A program made the translations under genes and the position numbers. A stretch of 63,059 bases of DNA, the filler included, from Octopus bimaculoides (Eukaryota): assembly GCF_001194135.2 (NCBI RefSeq). It is 5 parts of 5 records of this genome, joined end to end, with 100 filler letters (N's around TTAATTAATTAA, not from the genome) between each part and the next. Parts side by side here need not be neighbours in the genome. Positions count along the whole stretch, not along the records: positions 1 to 24,390 come from NC_069004.1; 4 more parts are not named here. The stretch is one strand, 5' to 3'. Under the pieces are notes generated by a model that saw only the letters and a program-made list of their open reading frames with translations, had not been told where the DNA came from and ran no database searches. Shown here piece after piece: positions 12,018 to 21,494 of this stretch (positions within the stretch are counted from its first letter, which is position 1; every line of letters starts with the position of its first letter).

Positions 12018-12290
12018 TTCGTTTGGCTAACTCAGGAATTATGGGATTCCCCGGTTCGGGTCAGAAAGTGGAACGAGGAGAGTAACAATTCTACACTAAC
12101 AAAGAGAGAGAGAGAGGGAGAGGGGGTGTCTGGCACGTGCGTCTTCTCAAAGCAGACGATCTCAGAGCAGACGACCTCAGAGCAGACGATCTCAAAGCAG
12201 ACGATCTCAAAGCAGTCGACCGAGTCACTGAGAGAAGGGGGAAGGGGAGGCAGAATATATTAGACAACACCTGGACGGAGTTTCTTTGAG
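12018..12290 (-). promoter_or_regulatory. Candidate 5'UTR/promoter, CpG-rich with a GA tract
   Basis: Local CpG enrichment upstream of the ATG and donor pair; inference only. Confidence 0.3.
12146..12220. repeat. 15-bp tandem repeat x5 (CTCAAAGCAGACGAT)
   Basis: Five consecutive units visible directly. Confidence 0.95.
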
Positions 12291-12689
12291 ACAAAAAGTA
12301 ACTATTTTATCGAATTTTCCGATGATATCGATAAAAAAATCACGGAGCATGCAACGCTTAGCTTGCATTCTTGAGAATGCATGCCCCTGGTATATATGTA
12401 TACATATATAAAGAGAGAGACGCACTGGGACAGAGAGAGAAAGAGAGAGAGAGGGGGAGATAAATTGGAAGAGAGAGAAAATATGCAAAGATAACAAAAT
12501 ATGCAAAGTTAACAAAATTCTGATATTTATTACAAAATGTAGTATTTACAATTCGCATGAAAAGACTATCACAGATTTAAAAGATAATTTTGATACACAC
12601 ACACACACACACACACACATACATGTATGTATGTATATAATATGCCATACATACATTTATATAAATATTTATTCACATACATATATTTG

Positions 12690-12734
<45 letters not shown>

Positions 12735-12740
12735 CGTGGT

Positions 12741-13428
12741 AAGGTTTCAACAAGTAGATAGATATAAAAATGACTGTAGTCTCTGTCATCAAGTTATATA
12801 ATAGATAAAAGTACGTAAATATATATAAAAATATTATATATATTGTTCTTCGTTATGAATTATTTACCGATAGTATAAAGTTTGAAAAAAAGTCTTCTGA
12901 TCATTTTCAACCATTAAATGATCGTATTGTTTCAATTGGATTCATTGTGTAGGATCACAATATATATATATATATATATATATACATGCATATATATTAT
13001 GTGGTGTGGTTTCAACAAGTAGATAGATAAATAAATAGATAGATAGATAAATAGATAGATAGATAGATGTCAGAATAACTGTAGGTTATAGATATAAAAA
13101 TAACTGTAGTCTCTGTCCGTGAGGAGGGGCCGTTGCGCCATAATGCCGTCAGGAGGCAGGCCCCGAAACGGTGCGCATTCTCTTCTGATGACCCCCATAC
13201 ACTTGCTGGCTCCCGGTATGCGGAGCTTTCGACTTGTAGCACTTGCATATACAAGTTATTTACAAAACGTAGATAAAATTACGTAAATATATGTAAAAAT
13301 ATTATATATATTGTTCTTCGTTATGAATTATTTACCGATAGTATAAAGTTTGAAAAAAAGTCTTCTGATAATTTTTGACCACTAAATGATCGTATTGTTC
13401 CAATTAAATTCATTGTATAGGATCACTG
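12741..13428. repeat. Local tandem duplication of about 220 bp; the second copy carries a 134-bp GC-rich insert
   Basis: 12741-12958 aligns to 13007-13428 apart from 13118-13251 and a GATA expansion. Confidence 0.9.
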
Positions 13429-14709
13429 AAATGTAACTTCATAAGGAAAATATGTGCATATGTATATATATATATATATATATATGAGTATAGAGAGTCA
13501 TTAGAAAACAAAGAGATGACACCAGTAAAACCAAATGTTATGTAATGAACTTCATTCGCTCATGTTATTGAGTGAGGTTCCCAAATATGTTTTTTTCAGT
13601 GTCGAAAGATTATTAGTTTGGTAGAACACTTCCGGAAGAGAGTTTTTGTATTTCAGTATTTCGCTTAGGCATAGCGAGGGTAATAATCTGGTGTAGAACT
13701 CAATATACGTATAGTCCAGAACACAATGTTTTATGAGTAGAGAGTGGTAATAGAAAACAAAGAGATGGCACCGATATATATTTATGTGTGTGTGTTTTGC
13801 TTATACAATGGTTTGCTCTTTGAAAATATTTAACCCTTTGATGGAGTTTAAGCAAGTTTTCTGATTTGTCTTCTCATATATATCATAGTATCAGTGTTGC
13901 TGAAAATGACATCAGAGAATCACACCTGATCTTCTTCGACCAACTGAAGTTAAGGAAAGAACAGCACCTTTTGCAGGATAATCCAATGGAAAAGAAATTC
14001 GGTCAATTAAATGCTTGAATACGAGACGTGAAAGGAATATTTCACTTCTTTTGGGGGATTATTCAAAAGTATAAAGAAATATCGATGTACTTCCATTCAA
14101 ATTTTGCACTCGTCCTTTTGTTGTTTTAAATAGACAAGTATGGATGTGTGTGTATATGTGCGTGCATGTGCGAGTGCACTCACACAGACACATAAATATA
14201 CACTCAAACGTAACACACACGCATATATTATTCTGTGTATATATATCTGTGTGCTTTATTTGTCCGTCTGTGAGTGTTTATATATAAATTACTTGAAACA
14301 ACTTTGTTCTTCTTATTTGAGAAATTGTCAGTTTATTCAGCTTAAGTAATACAATGGAATATTTAGATGGTTCTTACGCTCATAACGATAACACTGCGTT
14401 GAAAGCTTAATTGCTGTCTTTAGAGCTTTTGATTTCGTTTCCCATCACAATCACCGTCGATCACCATAGCAACATTACAGTTTTACAACTGAACAAATGA
14501 CAAGACAAATCTATATTTGGTTGGGAGGTAATCGAAACAATTCGATGCCTTTCTGACGAATGCCATTATTTCTTTATTGATGAACCGAGTTTATTGTTTT
14601 TTCTAAATATTTATTTGTTCTTTGTTGTTGGTGGTGGTGTTGTTGAGTATTTTTATTGGTTTGTTTTTCTATATGATAGTTTAGTAGAACATTTCATACA
14701 GTTTCTTAC

Positions 14710-15086
14710 GGCCGCCATTGATAATGTCCTACATAATTGTTGAACCAATGCGATGCAACCGTTGAGGCAGTTTCATACGACCATTACATCTTTTCTCTCT
14801 GTCTTTGACGAACGATGGAATAACGTAGTTTTACGAATAAAGAAAGAAATAATCACAGAGAGTAATGCTCAAATGTTGTTGTGCTCTGCGACCCTCCGAA
14901 CGTTGAAACGCTCTTTTCAAATTTCAACAGTGGTTGTAAGATGTTTTTATTTTAAATCCGATGTTTAACAATGGTCATAGAGCTTCGTTTCCTGTGATTG
15001 ATTAACAATGGTTGAACAAATTCTCTTTCAGTAGTCATGAACGTTTGCAGTTTCCGTTCCAGTGCTTGTGTGCCGTTATACAGTTT
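14710..15086 (-). pseudogene. Heavily decayed mucin PTS-type exon
   Basis: Strong acceptor (tttcctcttttacAG) and donor (GTAAGA). Residual ACA ACC ACT GTT GAA and CAA CCA motifs are interrupted by stops and frameshifts. Confidence 0.45.
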
Positions 15087-15304
15087 CTGTAAAAGAGGAA
15101 AGCATTCATTATAAACTGTGTAATAACGTAAGAATACTATATTGTATTTATTAGCTGATATAAATATGCTGATGTAAATGTGTTTATAGCTGTGTAATAA
15201 AGAAACTTACTTCCCAACCACATGGTTCTGGGTTCAGCCCCACTGCGTGGCACCTTGGACAAATGTCTTCTACTATAGCCTCCGGCCAACTAAAGCCTTA
15301 TGAG

Positions 15305-15476
15305 AGAATTTACGATTCTTTGGGACTTTCCAGTATATACAGACAGAACCATCAAAGCTAATAAACTGGATATTGTTGAGAAAGACCAAAGCAAGAAAGT
15401 CGGTTTATTGATCGACATGAGTAGAAAGGCCTACGACAATGTCCCACACAATTGGCTCTTGGAGTATCTGAGGACG
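15305..15476 (+). mobile_element. Non-LTR retrotransposon fragment (REL-endonuclease type, R2/R4/NeSL group), fused to a SINE C 5' part
   Basis: Encodes ILWDFPVYTDRTIKANKLDIV...LLIDMS (REL region) then RKAYDNVPHNWLL (RT motif). Confidence 0.8.
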
Positions 15477-15848
15477 CTTAACAATTTTTTTGGAGAAAGC
15501 AATGTATGTGTGAGAAGTAGAACTGACATGTGCAAACGAATCGTTGTGCTGATCTCTCTGACATGTTTCAAAAGGATTGACTTAATGCAATGCTGATTAT
15601 TATATTGTGGAAGTTTATAAAAGTTGAACGGTGACGTCCAGAAAGACTAGTAAGTGGTTCGAGGTTTACGTGGGTGAAAATGATTGTGTTTCACAGCGGG
15701 GCACTTTATTTCCTAAGATAAGGCATATCAAATAGAAACTGTTAACTTCAAAATTATACAGGTTTTAAGATTAAAATGTCGATGCCTCGTGATGAATTTT
15801 CTGCGTCATTTAGGAATATAGAAGACGTTCTTAAGAGGAGTAACTTAC

Positions 15849-16470
15849 CTCTATTTGGTATTCTTTGTAGCAGTTCAGTGAATCAAATTACAGCACAATG
15901 ATTGTAAATGGTTGATCAATGATGACAGTGAATGGTTCAGGGAATTTAATAGATGAGAGAGGTAAATCAGGCGATCGTTGATCAATGGTTCTCAATAAAA
16001 ATTCACAGATGGTAGTGTGTGATATAATGGCAATGGATGATTAGATAATGGTTGTTGATGAGTGTTCGCTAGTGACATGGAATGACTCAGTGATAAGGGA
16101 TTATTGTTCAATTGTTGCTGACGGTTGGTCAGTGGAGGATGATGGTTGGTCAGTGGTGATAGAGAATGATTCTATGGTTGTGGAAGTTGAATGAATGTTT
16201 GTGGATGACCCCCGCCCCTGATGGTGGTTATTTCTTCGCTGGTAGCTGATGGCAGTGTTTGTTTGGTGGTTCGTTTCTTTGTGTTTGCTTCTAACTCAGT
16301 GCTATTCTGTTGTGTGTCCTTCCGCTGTAGATTATTCCGTTGAAGTAGATATCCCTGTGATCTTGGATGGTTGTTCCGTCGAGGTGAATAATAACTCAGT
16401 AAATGTCGATTATATCTTAGATGTCACTTCAGTGGTTGTGAATGGTTGCCCAGTTGAAGGTGAAGAAGGA
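15849..16470 (-). pseudogene. Decayed duplicate mucin PTS exon
   Basis: TEQPS-like codon pattern with several in-frame TAA/TAG and frameshifts. The donor GTAAGT is retained at 15848-15843, and the 5' end is near-identical to 17331-17535. Confidence 0.7.
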
Positions 16471-17055
16471 GAAAAGAAGAAAAAGAAAAAGTAGAAGAAA
16501 ATAATTATGTTCCCAAAACAGAATTTCATGATGTTGTACGCTCAATAACCTCTAAACTGTGTCTATAGATATATTAGGGTTCTCTCGCAAGTTCTCTTGT
16601 AAGGTGCCAATATATATACCTCTCTTTTTATCATGATGAAAACCATCATGATCCAGAATCTGTTACAGAATAACACAACGATTATGATCACAATTATGCA
16701 TGATCTCAAAAAAAAAAAAATTACTACAAATATGTGGTGTTTAATATGTAAACTGGAGCCAAGCGTGTAAAGCGTTCCAATATGTGTCTACTGAAACATA
16801 ACCCTTTAGTTTACATTAGCTCAATTTGCGTCGTCCTCAAATGAATTACGAATAAAGCAAGAAGCGATGATAATCAGACGACTTGATGTACGGATATGAA
16901 GTTCACATTTCTACCCTCAATGAAATCAACATTTAGAAGTCTTGCCACGCTATTTGGGATGTGGGAAACCCGCCATTGAAAATGAGGAAAGCACTTACCT
17001 GCAGCTAATGAAGTTGATGCTTGATCGGGAATGGTAATTCAGTGGCAGAGGATGG

Positions 17056-17336
17056 TTAGTCAGTGCTTGTTGTTTGTTCACTAATGGTAGCGAAGACTTC
17101 AGTAGTAGCAGATGACCGTTCAGAGGGCACTAGGGGTTGTTCATAGGTGGTTGTTGGTTGTTCACCGCTGCCAAAGAATTCACTGGAAGTAGATGGTTGT
17201 TCAATGGTTGATAGTGTTTCTCCACTAACAATGGTGGACATAGACACAGTGCTAGTGGTCGACTCCGAAACGGATGGTCGCTCTGTCAAGGTAGAGCCAG
17301 TAGATGTTGACAATATCTCAGTGGTTATAGATGTCA
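17056..17336 (-). CDS. Mucin PTS exon ending in a premature TAA; possible terminal coding exon
   Basis: Phase-1 compatible AG at 17338-17337. Encodes VTSITTEILSTSTGSTLTERPS...EQTTSTD*. TAA sits where CAA is expected, followed by a frameshift and an intact donor at 16998-16993. Confidence 0.55.
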
Positions 17337-17773
17337 CTTCAGTGGTTGTGAATGGTTGCCCAGTTGAAGGTGAGGAAGGAGAAAAGAAGAAAAAGAAAAA
17401 GTAGAAGAAAATAATTATATTCCCAAAACAGAATTTCATGATGTTGTACGCTCAATAACCTCTAAACTGTGTCTATAGATATATTAGGGTTCTCTCGCAA
17501 GGTCTGCTGTAAGGTGCCAATATATATACCTCGCTTTCTATCTCTTATTCCTCCGCCTCCTCTTTCGTAAGCTGTCCTTCATTTACTCTCTTTCTCTCTC
17601 TCTCTCTCTCTCAATTACACTAAATGTTCTCTGTCAGTATCAAAATTTCATGTCTCTATTATTTGTATCAATGAATTAATTATCTGATATTCCGTTGTGT
17701 TTTTTGTGTTTCGTCCTTGGTCTTTCTCTTTAAAATATATCTTGCAAGAACCTAGTCCCAGTATTTCACTTAC

Positions 17774-17931
17774 CTTGCCAATCTGCTGTCGTTTTGTTTT
17801 TCATAACACCTGGAATATTTTCAATACTTTTTATGACATTTTCCAATACGTTCAGAGATTGGGGATCTGATTGATTCTGTTGTAGCAGACTCTTGAATGT
17901 TAGTTCAGCATCGACAATCAAACTACCATTT
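17774..17931 (-). CDS. SEA-domain C-terminal exon of the mucin-like gene
   Basis: Acceptor ttattgtttatttcAG and donor G|GTAAGT. Encodes (R)NGSLIVDAELTF..., matching the SEA GSVVV motif; phase 2 to 1. Confidence 0.8.
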
Positions 17932-18698
17932 CTGAAATAAACAATAAGAACCAATTCAAACAACATATTTCCATCATCTGAAAATATTTGCCATGTTTTA
18001 CAATACGATTCGATTTCTAACCCTAATAGCCTCTCACCAATTTTGTGTTTCCCTTTCTCGTTGAAATCTTCCACATAATATATGCTTCCCAACAAATTAC
18101 TCATAAGAGCAAATGAACTCCTCTCGCGTTAAATATAATGGAAATAGACATGCAACAAGTGACACAGCTCGTTTGAGACTTTCTACCTAAAGAATTTCTC
18201 TCCAACAATATTTCAATTTGTGACACGAGCACAGATTTTTCGAAATTCGTGACATTCAAAACCTTTCAGATAACTTGTTAGCCTAACTTCAACGGACGTC
18301 TTTCATCTCACTGATTGCCGTCTCAAACTGCAACAGACCCTGCGTATATTAACGATGCACTCTATGACTGGTTTTACATGAAGTATTATGTCAGTTAAGG
18401 TTCAAATGCATTTCACTCATTGCTGCATTTCTTACATATAAGCGCACACATTCCTAAAGTGGTCATGCTACTCTTACCCACTTCTTAATTTTCGACAATG
18501 TGCCATGAATCGAACGCAAGCAAAAACTTTTTCCAATATATTAACTGGGTTCATGATTTAAAGTGAACATAAATACAGAAGAAATCTCACCCTCTTAACA
18601 TATATATATATATATTATAATGTTTGAGGATTACAAAATCCGAACTTACAAGGAAATACAATTTAATAATATCAAATTGAGTTGTATAATGAAAAATA

Positions 18699-18906
18699 TA
18701 TTAATAATTTAGAGAAGAACCACCATGGTGCAACTCAACCACTTTCGTTTTTATAAACTTAACTGATTTAAATTTTTAGTCCAATATTACAAATTTTCTC
18801 TTGGATTTTTAAACTAGTATTCTGCATAGTACGTTTTTCTTGGTGGTGTCTGATCTCCTTCGTCGTGTGAGTTGCACCATGGTGGTTCTTCTCTAAATTA
18901 TTAATA
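18699..18906. mobile_element. MITE-like element with perfect 39-bp terminal inverted repeats
   Basis: 18699-18737 is the reverse complement of 18868-18906. Confidence 0.8.
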
Positions 18907-18989
18907 CATACATACATATATATATATATATTATAATGTTTGAGGATTACAAAATCCGANNNNNNNNNNNNNNNNNATATATGTGTGTG

Positions 18990-20241
18990 TAGGGTGCGTA
19001 AGATATTTGAAGACAGATTTATATTTATATTTAAAAAAAAAAACAGATATATAACAGATAATAACTTTATTTATCAAAAAATGCTATGAGGATAAAAATA
19101 AACTTTCTTTTCTATGATTTCATTCAATAAAGCCACCTTCAGCTTCAACAACTGCCTCTATATGAAATCTAAATCATCTACATGCTCGAATCAAGTGGTC
19201 CTGGTTCATTTTGGACATTACTCTGACTATGGTACCTTTCAAAGATTTTTTGGTGTTATGGGCGTGTCCATCGACATCTCTCAACAATGCTCCACATGTA
19301 ATAGTCCAATAGATTGAGATCTGGGGAATTAGGAGGCCAAATGTTAGGGGTTATGTGATCATGAAAATATTCAGCCATCCATTCCTGTGTTACCAGAGCC
19401 ATATGTGATAGTACAGAGCCTTACTGAAACACATATGGCCTTCCATTGCATACACTGTCTATCCAGGGCTTAACAATTATATCTAGGACCTCAATGTAGA
19501 CGCCAAAGCTAACTCTAAAGCCTTGTGAAAAGAAGTAAGGAGGCATCACATATCCTTCATCGCTGACAACACCTAAATTCATGACAGCTGCGGGAAATTT
19601 TGTATGCATTACACTTGGAACATCAGAAGGGTCTGCACATAACAATATGTCATTTTTTCTGCTAAATCATTTGATCTTGATCGACGTTTTCTAAAATCAA
19701 ATCTTCTGCTGCATTTTTCAGTTTGTTTAAAAGCCTTTTAGATCTGATGTAGTGATTTTCATTTGCCTTTTCTGACAAATTGACATTTCTTCATCAGAGA
19801 AGACATATCTGATGTCTTCGTGGACAAAATTTCTGACTATTCCTTATGACATATGGAAATCTTTTGCAATTGACCCTATAGATTTTCTGGGATTGTGATC
19901 AATACTCTGTTGAACTTGCTGGATAAATTCAGGTGTTATGATGATTGCAGAGCATGTAAATGTTTTTTATGCTTTGATACTGGTGACACGCTTCCATCTC
20001 CAGTCTCTAGCTCCTTACAAAACTAACTTTGTAGACGAAAGATCTGGAAACTTTTAAAAATGAAGATATTTCTAAATCGCTATGCTCAGCTTTTATAACC
20101 ACAATAACAGCATGCCTCTTCATTTCTTGAGTAATCTGAGCGGAGCGCGTGCTATTATTACTTTCTGAAACAAACAAAAAGTTTTTAAAAATGCAGCAAT
20201 GACCCCAAAAAGATATGTCCTCAAATACCTTACGCACCCTG
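18990..20241 (-). mobile_element. Near full-length maT-type (DD37D) Tc1/mariner transposon, defective
   Basis: About 28-bp TIRs with TA at the right end. The minus strand encodes HTKFPAAVMNLGVVSDEG...PYVFQ*G...WPPNSPDLNLLDY, with 37 residues from the second catalytic position to D. Contains stops and frameshifts. Confidence 0.92.
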
Positions 20242-20923
20242 TATGTATATATATATATATNNNNNNNNNNNNNNNNNNNNNNNNNNNNNNNNNNNNNNNN
20301 NNNNNNNNNNNNNNNNNNNNNNNNNNNNNNNNNNNNNNNNNNNNNNNNNNNNNNNNNNNNNNNNNNNNNNNNNNNNNNNNNNNNNNNNNNNNNNNNNNNN
20401 NNNNNNNNNNNNNNNNNNNNNNNNNNNNNNNNNNNNNNNNNNNNNNNNNNNNNNNNNNNNNNNNNNNNNNNNNNNNNNNNNNNNNNNNNNNNNNNNNNNN
20501 NNNNNNNNNNNNNNNNNNNNNNNNNNNNNNNNNNNNNNNNNNNNNNNNNNNNNNNNNNNNNNNNNNNNNNNNNNNNNNNNNNNNNNNNNNNNNNNNNNNN
20601 NNNNNNNNNNNNNNNNNNNNNNNNNNNNNNNNNNNNNNNNNNNNNNNNNNNNNNNNNNNNNNNNNNNNNNNNNNNNNNNNNNNNNNNNNNNNNNNNNNNN
20701 NNNNNNNNNNNNNNNNNNNNNNNNNNNNNNNNNNNNNNNNNNNNNNNNNNNNNNNNNNNNNNNNNNNNNNNNNNNNNNNNNNNNNNNNNNNNNNNNNNNN
20801 NATATATATATATATATATACACTTATATATAATTTCGTATATATAATGTTGAGAAAAGTGACATGGACGTGTTAGTAAATGCTTATGGCCGAAATATGA
20901 CATCAGACTAAGATGAACCTTAC

Positions 20924-21036
20924 CTCTGAAGTAATTTCACGAATCTTCTGTTGGGTCTCAGTGGCATTAATCTGTGAATATATGCTTTTGAATTCCTCAT
21001 TTTTGTGCATTTCTAAATTCATTACATCGGCAACAT
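20924..21036 (-). CDS. Probable SEA-domain N-terminal exon of the mucin-like gene
   Basis: Acceptor ttttacAG (alternative at 21061) in phase 1, matching the PTS exon donor. Encodes DVADVMNLEMHKNEEFKSIYSQINATETQQKIREITSE; donor GTAAGG. Confidence 0.6.
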
Positions 21037-21494
21037 CTGTAAAAGTAAATTTGGTGTCACCTGAATCGGTCAGCCGGAATTTAAAAGCATCATACAAACA
21101 TTTAATAAATCCCCTCACATCCAAAGTACAAGAAACGAAATCACACACCTATACACATACCCACTCAAGAATTCTGTATTGAACTATTTTAAATAAATCC
21201 TTGATCCGGAATCTCTCATAGAGCATTTGTGGTGTATTTAATATTTATAATGGATCGAAGTGTACAAGGCGTTTAAATATGTGTCTGGTAAAAGATAGCA
21301 CATTATTTCCGATTACCTCAGTTCGCGTAGTCGGCAAATGTATAACGAATAAAGCAAAAAGCGATGGTTGTCAGACGAACACATCTACATATATGACGTT
21401 CACGATTCTACACTCCTTATGTCGACATTTAAATGTCCTCCCACTTTCTTTAGGAGGACATAAGAGCACCATTAAGAATGAGGGAATGACTTAC

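Noticed and set aside
12146-12220. CRISPR-like or coding (SEQTI) repeat
   Set aside because: The units are contiguous with no spacers, and this is eukaryotic DNA; it is a simple minisatellite.
13840-14488. Further mucin/SEA exons at about 14378-14488 and 13835-13944 on the minus strand
   Set aside because: They have good acceptors but stops in all frames and only a faint SEA resemblance; not supportable.
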